Source: Eledone cirrhosa (Eukaryota). From it: a stretch of 64,000 nt of DNA. Numbering within the stretch: the stretch's first letter is position 1; each line of letters opens with the position of its first letter. Of this stretch, positions 53,256 to 64,000 are shown one piece after another. The position numbers were made by a program, and so were the translations under genes. The notes under the pieces were generated by a model that saw only the letters and a program-made list of their open reading frames with translations, searched no databases and had not been told where the DNA came from. The stretch is taken from positions 41,726,001-41,790,000 of the forward strand of contig OZ024756.1 of NCBI GenBank assembly GCA_964016885.1. The letters run 5' to 3'.

Positions 53256-53390
53256 ATAGGAATATGTTCAAGACCCCGACGGCAGAGCTCAAGCCGTTTT
53301 GACGACTATTTCTGTAGTCCAGAAATAGCTGTTGAAACGACTTCAGCTCTGCCGTTGGGGTTTTGAACATTTTCCTATTACCCACTCGTT
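53256..53390. mobile_element. Fold-back element of the 38843 family (arms ~58 bp)
   Basis: ataggaatatgttcaagaccccgacggcagagct...agctctgccgttggggttttgaacattttcctat. Confidence 0.75.
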
Positions 53391-55280
53391 ATATATATAT
53401 ATTCAGTAATTCAACAGAAACAGTTGAGCCCATAAGATTTATAGGTCAAGATTCCCTGTATCCCAAATCTATGTTTCATTGGGATCATCTTTGATTTTCA
53501 CTTTTCACAGAACCAGAGTGAAATCATAAGTATATATTTCCATTCCATCCAATAACTGGCCTTGAGCTGAGTGAAAAGGAAATTTGATAGTATATTGAAA
53601 TAGGATATAGAATTCTTTCCTGAACCTAGAATTGCACCGAGTTGGTTTGTTGAGAAAACTATGTTATTTCAAACTTTTCAGCACAAAATTATGTGAGAAC
53701 TACCACTTAACCCTTTAGTATTTACATTACTCTATATATACTGTTGTATTTTTGTGGTAAAGGCCTTACCTCACATAATATCGAATCTATGAGATTTTGA
53801 TATTATTTATTTTGAAATTAATACTTTAACATCAGTATGAGTGGCCAGTTACGGCCAGTTTGAACAGAAAGCAGTATACGGCCAATTAAAATGCTAAAGG
53901 TGAAAGGAAATAGTCATAATATTTCACCAAAGGAAGAAATACCAAAGAGCAGATATTGTTTTTTTTTTTCTTTCAATGGAAGTCACTGCTTGAGAAAGAA
54001 AATTATTTTATTAAAGTTCTGTCTTTTTAAATCTCTAAAACTATTTATCTTTTGGTTAGTTCCACACTTAGTAAATTTAAATATATATTTTTCCATGTTA
54101 CCTCTTAATACTCTGTACTGCGTGAAACTGCATTAAGTAAGGCATTCTCAGAAAGTACAAGTCAGCACTATGATTGCATTGCATTAGAAATGAAAGTTTT
54201 ACTTTATTTTACCGAAAACTTTAACAATACTCTGTCCACTGCGAAAAATACTATAAATGTTTGATTAATAAACCTGTTTGTTTAAAGATATTTTCTGCAA
54301 AATCATTACAAGATAAATATAGTTGAAAAATTATTCCAAATCTTTGAATGCACAAAAATAAATTGATAGCTAAAAAAGGCATTTTTACCAGAATTAATTA
54401 AAAAATTAAAAGTTTCACTTTCACTAACTAGTTCTAGAAAGTATATTTATTTATACAATATAAAATAACTTAAATTTACATATATTTACTTACATATATT
54501 TGTTGCAAATATATTATATATATTATATAATATCTTTTTCTTTGCTCACTTATTCCTGGGTGGGTCATGGGAGCTGTCCTCAAGCATACCATCCAGTGGG
54601 TCCTGTCAGAAGCAACTGATTCCACTTGATCCAGCTGGATCCCCAAGTGTGACCAGCCAAGTTTATGGATGTTATCGAAACATCTTGATCAAGCTCTATC
54701 CCTGGGTCTCCTGCTACTTGGTTTTTCACATAAATAATACATTATATACAATACATTTGTTGTAAACATATTATATAATATATATATACATATATATAAT
54801 ATTATATAATATATACATCATATATATTATATATGTAAATTTATGAAAAGACTTCAAACTTTATATATATATTTTCTACACAAATTTTCAACCAATCTGT
54901 TATATAATCATTCTTAAGGAAGCCATATATATATTCTTCAGTTATGTTCAATCGAAGAATCTATTATTGAATGAAAGGTTCTTATGTTATTCTGAGGACT
55001 GAATTCTGTATATAAAGATGAAGAGAATTGGAAAGTAGCCAAACTGAAAAGATGAGGTTAATAGTGAAAACATTTCAAACTCCCTACTATTCCATACATG
55101 TATCTATATATATGATTATGTATATGTATGTATGTATGCACCTATGTGTGTGTATGTATGTATGCATGAATGTTTCATCATCATTATCATTTTTATGTCC
55201 ATTTTTCCATGCTTGCATGTATGTGTGTGTAAATATATAAATACCTAGATACATACATACATACACACACATATATATAT

Positions 55281-55510
55281 CATCATCACCATTTTACGTC
55301 CGTTCTTCCACACTAGCATGGGTTAGACGGGTTGTCCTATTGTGGGCAGTGTCCGGTCAGCTGACCTTGTCTTGCTCATACGGGAACTGATTCTGACTCG
55401 ATTTCTACAGCTGGATGCCCTTCCTAACACCAACCTCATTTACAGTGGTGCTTTTTTGCCGTGGCACCTCCACGACCACTTTGCAGTGGGAGGGTGTGGG
55501 GCATATTGTC
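55281..55510 (-). mobile_element. RTE 3' UTR fragment
   Basis: Matches 36659-36960 with an internal deletion. A related fragment lies at ~51892-52200. Confidence 0.75.
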
Positions 55511-56518
55511 TATATATATACACATAAAGATATCTTGAATATTGAGTTTTAAATGTGTGTGTATTAGAATTTGGAGAGTAATGGGAAACCTTAATGCAAT
55601 GATGTCAAAGTACATTCTACCCAGCGCCATCTTGTGGCATTTTGCTGTTGTAACAGCTTCCTTATGTCGAGTTTTCCCTTTACTCTACGAATTATATATA
55701 TATATATATATAGTTGATATATTGTTTGAAAATTATTGAAACATAGATTTAAAAGAAAAGTTTAATAATGTTACTACAGCAATACCTCTTTGTTCATTTA
55801 TCATCATTAATTGCAAACGACAAACGAAACACCTTCCAATATACCTGAAGCTAATGTTTCAATTCCAAACATGATATTGGCTTTTCTTAATCCTGGTATC
55901 AATCATCCCTCATCATCAATACACCACAACATAACATTCTCATCATATCCCAATGAAGCAAATCTTAACTCGCTACTAATGCAATTTTTGCAGCAAATAT
56001 TTCTATATCAACAAAAATAAACACACAATAACCCCACCCCCAAATATTTCTATATAAAGACACACACACAAGAAAAAACCTCCAATATTTCTATATAAAT
56101 ACACAAAGAAAAATCCCCTCCCCTCACATATACCTTTATCATGTCTTTTATGGGCTTCAGTGATTTGTGATCACCTTTCACCATTTCGTCCTTGGTCATC
56201 CTCTACTGCAGTTTCATTCCACTAGGATATCTTGGCACTTCATCCCCCAGTGATCATCATCCATGCATATCACATGTCCATATCTGCAGAGTCTACTCCT
56301 TCCACACTACATCACACACACACACACAAATATATATATATATATATCATTTATCATCATCATCATCGTTGAACGTCCACCTTCCATGCTAGCATATTTG
56401 TGTGTGTGTGTTTATGAAATTTATGAAAAAGTTAAAAAATTAGAAAATAACAAAGAATTCAGTGAAGCCTAACTTTCTCAATTTCTACTCATCGTTTCAA
56501 AATACATGTTCCATGTTC

Positions 56519-56551
<33 letters not shown>

Positions 56552-56936
56552 TACATGTTCATATATATATATTTGCTTCGAAATCACTCGACATATCTGA
56601 GGAACTTACGAATCCAGAGTCAGGTTCGATCCACAAACAGATCGCACCTCAAGCTGTTCACCGGATAAACATTTGTAATACGTAATAAATTGTGTTCCAA
56701 TGCATCACTGATTCTTCGTTTTCCATATTATATATATAGATATATAACACCAGAGTAGGGGATAACATAATAGTTACAGCATAAAAAACAACATAACTTG
56801 TGTTATTTGGTTCTGTTTGTTTCTGTATGTATTAAGCTGAAAAACAATACCCACTCCTGTGTAAACATTGTTTTTCATCAAGGCTTATTTAATCTAAACA
56901 CCAATACATATATAATCTTCTTTATACATTTGAAGC

Positions 56937-57190
56937 TTCTCACTTAAGTCACTTAATTTATTATTCTGACAATCTTATATTCTATAAGAATATCATATCA
57001 GAATAGCAGAATATAGGAAAAAGGTTGTTATTTTTGTGTGTGTTTTGAGGGAATCAGGTTTCTCACTTAAGTCACTTAATTTACTATTCTGACAATCTTA
57101 TATTCTATAGAATATAAGAATATCATATCAGAATAGCAGAATATAGGAAAAAGGTTGTTATTTTTGTGTGTTTTGAGAGAATGAGTTTTC
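56937..57190. repeat. ~125-bp direct tandem duplication
   Basis: ttctcacttaagtcacttaattta...gttattttgtgtg occurs twice. Confidence 0.85.
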
Positions 57191-57641
57191 ACTTTTTCTT
57201 TTGTTCGTAAATATCAAACCTCTTAAGGCAGAATATTGACCACATCACTAATTCACATTTACCACACAACCCACCCCACTTTTTCCTGCCAATTACTATA
57301 ATTAAATGACCGTTTCATCAATAAGATCACATATATATACACTCACATATACACACATATATACACTTACATAAAATGATGTATAAATTCACAAAGAAAG
57401 AAAATGGTAATAAACAACCAAAAACATTTTTATCTGGTATTTTCTTTTTCCTACAAATTTCTTCTTTTTAAAATTTTTGTAAAAAAAAACACAAAATAAC
57501 TAGAAATAAATTTTTTAATATAAACTTTGATATTTGTTTGTCTTTATTAATTTCTTAATTGCCTTTTTTTTCCATATATATATATATATATATATACATA
57601 CATATATATATATACATATATATATATATACATACATATAT

Positions 57642-57990
57642 ATGGTGGCTACCAACTCGTTTTCGAGTACGGCCACTACTTTATATCCATCTAGGAGAAC
57701 CCCTACCGATGCGCCGAATGAGTGTGACTTTTTAGTCCAGCCAGCGACTTGAAAACTCTGGTACAAACACTACACTTGTGACAATTATTGACACATAGTG
57801 CTGGGCCCATGGTACCATGTGACGACAAGTGCAGAAAGATCTCCAGATGTAAAGCAATGCCTGTGCCGTGAAGCTTTTATAGTGAGCAAAGGCACTGCAC
57901 AAAGCCAGTCCCACTCTCTTAACCAAGATGATATTTACCAAAAAGAAGAACAAGTCAACATTATTGGATACCATCAGGGTTGCAGGTGTT
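57642..57990 (-). mobile_element. 3' fragment of the RTE-like LINE with C2H2 finger (longest copy)
   Basis: Same 3' end as the 17203 and 26711 copies. Confidence 0.75.
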
Positions 57991-57993
57991 ATA

Positions 57994-58251
57994 TCAGAGT
58001 TTTCCTTCTCCTAGAATTCTGTCTTGACAAAGGCTAAGGGGTCATCTCTCCCGGTGATTTTGGATGGCCATTGACTCTTAAAAGCTCCTTTGCCCTTTGA
58101 CAGGTTTTGTTTTTAGTCCTGCAGGATGTCCAAAGTCACCCTTCTCACCAAGAAACCTTGGTGGGGTTGCCAGTTTAGTCGCCAACGACCCGACCATGAG
58201 ACAGGTTGTACTGGGATACATGTTACCAGTAGCACCAACTGGTGACCTGAC
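57994..58251 (-). mobile_element. ~257-bp non-autonomous element resembling an RTE 5' UTR; second copy at 60660-60918
   Basis: Two near-identical copies with the same two ends; the minus strand ends in ctaggagaaggaaa(a)ctctg, an RTE 5' UTR-like motif. Confidence 0.7.
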
Positions 58252-58369
58252 ATATATACATATATATATACATATATATATATATATACATACATATATA
58301 TATATATACATACATATATATATATACATATACATATATATATATACATATACATATATATATATACAT

Positions 58370-58412
<43 letters not shown>

Positions 58413-58550
58413 CATATACATATATATATATACATATATATATATACATATATATATATACATATATATATATACATATATATATATACATATATATATA
58501 CACATATATATATACACATATATATATATATATACACATATATATACACA

Positions 58551-58582
<32 letters not shown>

Positions 58583-58597
58583 CATATATATATACAC

Positions 58598-58628
<31 letters not shown>

Positions 58629-59157
58629 CATATATATATATACATATATATATATACATATATATATATACATATATATATATACATATATATATATACA
58701 TATATACATATACATATATATATATACATATATATATATACATATATATATATACATATATACATATACATATATATATATACATATATATATATACATA
58801 TATACATATACATATATATATATACATATATATATATACATATATACATATACATATATACATATACATATACATATATACATATACATATATATATACA
58901 TATATATATATACATATATATACATATATATATACATATATATATATACATATATATACACATATATATATATACATATATATACATATATATATATACA
59001 TATATATACATATATATATATACATATATATACATATATATATATACATATATACACATATATATATATACATATATATATATACATATATATATATACA
59101 CATATATATATATACATATATATATATACATATATATATATACATATATATATATAC

Positions 59158-59242
<85 letters not shown>

Positions 59243-59243
59243 C

Positions 59244-59290
<47 letters not shown>

Positions 59291-59377
59291 CATATATATA
59301 TATACATACATATATACATATATATATATACATACATATATACATATACATATATATATATACATATATATATATAC

Positions 59378-59457
<80 letters not shown>

Positions 59458-59561
59458 ACATATATATATACATATACATACATATATATACATATATATA
59501 TACATAAACATACATATATATACATACATATATACATATACATACATATACATATATATAC

Positions 59562-59604
<43 letters not shown>

Positions 59605-60510
59605 TATACATATATATACATATACATATATATACATATATATACATATACATATATATACATATCCATATATATACATATACATATATATACATATATA
59701 TACATATACACCTACCCATCCTCGCCTCCTTACCATTCCACCGACTGCTGCTATGCCCTCTGACCACATCCCAGCACTAACAGACCACAGCACTCCCACT
59801 GCTGACCACTTCCTGTTGCGCGCGCACCCCACATCTCTCCTCTTCCGACCACCGCTTCATGGATTACCCACACGCAGAAATTGACTTACAACCAATCCAC
59901 TAAACATCCTTGGAACTTACCAACTTTTCAACCATCCTCTTACGTAATCACCTATATAACTCACCCACACACATACCCCAAACAAATTTTTTCTCCACAC
60001 GCCACCCACAACACGTTTAAACCCCACACACACGTGCTTCCCACCACATATTTACACCCTCAGCCTCCTGATTCCTCTTCCCCCACCCCCTATCCACACA
60101 CGCACAGACACTCCGACCCACAAAAACACCCCCCACACACACCTCTTCCTGAACATGCAACCCCGTTCTTCCCCCAACCCTTACTTTCACATACACACAC
60201 ATGCACACCTACACACACACACCACCTTCAGCCCTCCCCGCTCGGACACCCCGTCTCCCTCTCCCCACTCCACCCGCCACCACCCCTACTCACCCCACAC
60301 CCTTCCACCACCTGTTTACCCCCCTTTTAATTTCAGTTTATTTTGATCATGCCTTTATTTTTAAATTTTCTCATTCCTTGTATTTTGATCATGCTTTATT
60401 TTTATTTTTTATCTTTATTTGTTATTTTTTCATTCGCACCGTTTCCTTTCGCTATATGTCTCTCCACCCCCCCCCTACACACCTTTTGAACTCTGTTCCC
60501 ACACACTTCT

Positions 60511-60642
60511 CACCTGAGGAAGGGCTTATGCCCGAAACGTCGTCCCCCACCTACCCCCCCCCCCCCCCACTCTCCTGAGCGTGAATTTAATAAACATTTA
60601 TTGTACTGCCTCTCTGTTCTGTCCCTGTTCAAATTTTTCATT
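60511..60642 (+). mobile_element. Penelope-type 3' end with a hammerhead-like core (weak stem I); partial second copy at ~20455-20580
   Basis: ac-CTGAGGA-a-gggc-ttat-gccc-GAAA-cg-TC-gt, then aataaa and a shared end ...aaatttttcatt(AT)n. Confidence 0.6.
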
Positions 60643-60659
60643 ATATATATATATATATA

Positions 60660-60918
60660 TCAGAGTTTTCCTTCTCCTAGAATTCTGCCTTGACAAAAGC
60701 TAAGGGGTCATCTCTCCCGGTGATTTTGGATGGCCATTGACTCTTAAGAGCTCCTTTGCCCTTTGACAGGTTTTGTTTTTAGTCCTGCAGGATGTCCAAA
60801 GTCACCCTCCTCACCAAGAAACCTTGGTGGGGTTGCCAGTTTAGTCGCCAACGACCCGACCATGAGACAGGTTGTACTGGGAAACATGTTACCAGTAGCA
60901 CCAACTGGTGACCTGACA
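60660..60918 (-). mobile_element. Second copy of the ~257-bp RTE 5' UTR-like element
   Basis: See 57994-58251. Confidence 0.7.
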
Positions 60919-61021
60919 ACATATATATATACATATATATACATATATATACATATTTATATATATATTCATATATATATATATATATACACATATATAT
61001 ACATATATATATACATACTAT

Positions 61022-61360
61022 GGAGGCACATGGCTTAGTGGTTAGAGCATTGGCCTTGCAATCAAAAGGTTGTGAGTTCAATTCTCAGACCGGGTGATGT
61101 GTTGTTCCCTTGAGCAAGACACTTTATTTCACATTGCTCCAGTCTAATCAGCTGTAGAAATGAGATGATAGGGTCTGGGGTCCCTATCATTCCACTACAA
61201 GGTGGTCGTGGAGGTGCCACGGCAAAAAAGCACCCAGCACTCACTGTAAATGAGGTTAGGAAGGGCATCCAGCTGTAGAAATCAAGCCAGAATCAGTTCC
61301 CGTCCCACCCTGGCAAGCAGGGAAAAGTGGACGTAAAATGAAATGAATGATGATAATGAT
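61022..61360 (+). mobile_element. tRNA-headed SINE with an RTE-derived 3' tail
   Basis: A box TGGCTTAGTGG, B box AGTTCAATTCT, core ttgagcaagacactt, and tail aagggcatccagctgtagaaa...ggacgtaaaa(tga)n shared with the RTE LINEs in this window. Confidence 0.8.
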
Positions 61361-61434
61361 ACATATATATATATATATATATACATATATATACATATAT
61401 ATATATACATATATATACAGTTTTAATATAGATG

Positions 61435-61485
61435 AGATTCTACAGGACTAGAACTGTTTCATTCTTTAGAAATCATCAGGAATCT
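61435..61485 (-). ncRNA. Type I hammerhead ribozyme
   Basis: Minus strand: agattc-CTGATGA-tttc-taaa-gaat-GAAA-cag-ttctagtc-ctg-TA-gaatct; 6-bp stem I, 4-bp stem III, GUA triplet. Confidence 0.82.
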
Positions 61486-61510
61486 GGGTATCAACCCAGA
61501 ATAATGTATA

Positions 61511-61541
<31 letters not shown>

Positions 61542-61666
61542 GTATATATATATATATGTATGTATGTATATGTGACAATTTATTATATTCACATCTTCCC
61601 TTACATTAGTTCAAAAATGTTATATATATATTTATATACATCATGTTATTTTAAATAATAATAATG

Positions 61667-61830
61667 GTTTCTGATTTAGGCACAAGGCCAGCAATTTGGG
61701 GGAAAGGGGAGAGGAAAATCAATTAAATCGACCCAGTACATTACTGGTACTTTATTTTATAGACCCTGTAAGGATGAGAGGTAAAGCTAACCTCGGCTGG
61801 ATTTGAACTCAGAACGTAAAGGGCCATATC
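61667..61830 (-). mobile_element. tRNA-derived SINE (3' part)
   Basis: Same family as 9563-9748. Confidence 0.75.
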
Positions 61831-63640
61831 TCTAATAGTAATAATAATAACTATAATTATAATACTAATAGTAATAGTAATAATGTATTTATTTACCATA
61901 CAGGCCAATAATAATGTTAGTAGTAGTAGTAATAGCAGTAATAGCAGCAGCAATAGTAGTAGTAGTAGTAGTGGTGGTGGCTTTATTTCATTATTTTTTC
62001 ATACAATATACCTTGAAAATAGAATTTGAAACTTTTGCCATTCATTAAATGACAGAAAACAGTAATATGAACCCTTTTTTCATAAAAAAAAAAAAAAAAA
62101 AAAAAGGGTGCTAATGCCCACATTTTTCCATTATGTGGAGGTCCATATCCCCTAAAATTTAACATTTTCTGTTGTCCATTTAGGACCAAAGCTTCAAATT
62201 CTATTTTCAAAAGTGTTCAACCACCATCACCACCGCCTCTACCACCACAACCACCACCATATTATATTTTATACATGGCTAAAAAAACAAATTAATTTTC
62301 AAATTTGGTCTTATATGTTTTTCTCTTCTTTTTTAAAAAAAGTTTTTAATTTTTATTTTTGTCTTACATTGAAAACCTGCAGATTTAAAAGTTTTGTTAA
62401 TGGAATGAATGTGAGGAACATGTTTCAAATATTGTTGAGAATGAAGATGTAATATCTAGTAAAAATACTAAATGCTGCAACACATTGAATATTATATCTT
62501 CTTGCTAAACAGCAATAGCATGAGTTGTTGTTAACTGAGTGCTCTTACTCTTGGATATTTCCACTTAACTTTTACTTCAGTGTATGTATATATATATATC
62601 AGATAGGGTATGGTCAACTCAGGAATTAGTTGGAGTGGTTGTCTTGGCTACTGTTGTTGGAGCAAAAAATAATTTTCAAAAAATAATCAAAATATTTCTT
62701 CCTCTTTGGTTCTTCAGAAATCCTGGATTAAATACAAGAATAAAAAATTCAAATTAGTTGAGAAGGAAAACTGCGCAATTAAATATATGTGTGTGAGTAT
62801 CCCTCTCTCTCTCTTTATATATATATATATATATAATCATCATCGTTTAACATTTATTTTTATGTACATCAAAAAAGTATGAGATACTATTCACTAAGGA
62901 GGTATTATTAGGTAGAAAGTCAGAACTCATTTCTTCCTGTAGGTACTGTACATACTATTTCTTGTGACATTTCATATCCACAAACTTTCCATATGGCTAT
63001 ATATATATAAATATATATATGCATGTATTTATAAACACATTTAAAAGCAAGATAAATTTTTAATTGTAAAACAAGAATAAAATTTCAAGAAGGCTGGAAC
63101 CCCAAACGTTAATACAATAGTAAATATATTTACTACACAACCGATAATTCCTGATGGAGTTATAGGGCTATCATGGTGACACAGAGCATCTCCTAGACAT
63201 TTAAAACCTGGCAGAGCCTATTTCCTTTCCTGGTCTGAATGCAGACGAGTTCTTCCAGAGAAGAAAAAATAGGAAGTGACAAATATATATATCAAATAAT
63301 AATCTCGGTCAGTACTTGACTGGTACATTTTTTATCAACCTCAACAGGATGAAAGGCAAAGTTGACCTTGGCTGGTTTTGAAAAGAGACACAGAGAATCA
63401 GAACAAATACTGCAAAAGCAATACACTGTTCTAATGACTTTGTCAATTTGTCACTTGCACATGACTAACTTAGCACAGGGTAAATACTTCTCACAGCCAT
63501 TTCTTTTCCTATTGTTTCTTTTACTACTTCTTGTCTCCCCTAATTTTACTGCCCTACCTACTTTGTTTTGCTGTTTACTACATCTGCCTACCACCTCTTT
63601 CTAAACAATAGTACTAAAAGTTCTTTTGATATATATATAT

Positions 63641-63673
<33 letters not shown>

Positions 63674-64000
63674 TATACATACATACATATATATATACAT
63701 ATATACATACATATATATATATACATACATACATATATATATACATATATATATATATACATATATATACATACATATATATATATATATACATACATAT
63801 ATATATACATATATATACATACATATACATATATATATATATACATATATATACATACATATACATACATACATATATATATACATACATATATATATAT
63901 ATACATACATATATATATATACATACATATATATATACATACATATATATATACATATATACATACATACATATATATATACATATATACATACATACAT

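Noticed and set aside
56592-56682. Further hammerhead-like remnants (also near 5470-5527, 21246, 26110-26330, 38630-38737 and 53130-53190)
   Set aside because: Core nucleotides or whole stems are missing, so they were not counted as ribozymes.
60780-60918. HDV-like or twister ribozyme at the 5' end of the RTE-UTR-like element (also tried 2228-2445)
   Set aside because: A P4/J4-2/P2-like segment is present, but I could not build consistent P1/P3/L3 pairings by hand.

Overview
Eukaryotic, AT-rich, microsatellite-saturated DNA ((TA)n, (TG)n, (CATA)n, (GATA)n). The repeat content (RTE LINEs, tRNA-derived SINEs, Penelope-like elements) suggests a cephalopod, probably Octopus; this assignment is an inference. 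Most entries in the ORF track are microsatellite artefacts. One host gene is well supported: an 8-coding-exon SLC16/monocarboxylate-transporter-family gene on the + strand (30044-52446, 1476-nt CDS, 491 aa, all splice phases consistent). Two Arg residues conserved in this family are encoded here as Gln (CAA), which A-to-I editing could convert to Arg. Mobile DNA includes an RTE LINE with an uninterrupted 742-codon ORF running off the left edge, decayed RTE copies, two tandem R4/Dong-like LINE copies in (CATA)n, a Tx1/L1 fragment in (GATA)n, a decayed Penelope-like element (RT plus GIY-YIG), SINEs, Tc1/mariner-like MITEs, several minisatellites and a 5S rRNA pseudogene. The most striking hidden layer is a dense set of short elements embedded in (TA)n tracts that carry type I hammerhead ribozyme motifs: 11 with canonical cores and about 9 variant or partial, from several unrelated families. 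Many are built as fold-backs with a short arm ending at a fixed point and a long arm carrying a tail; one fold-back has a tRNA-like core. Six canonical hammerheads lie in sense orientation in introns of the SLC16 gene. All calls were made by eye, without database searches or folding software.
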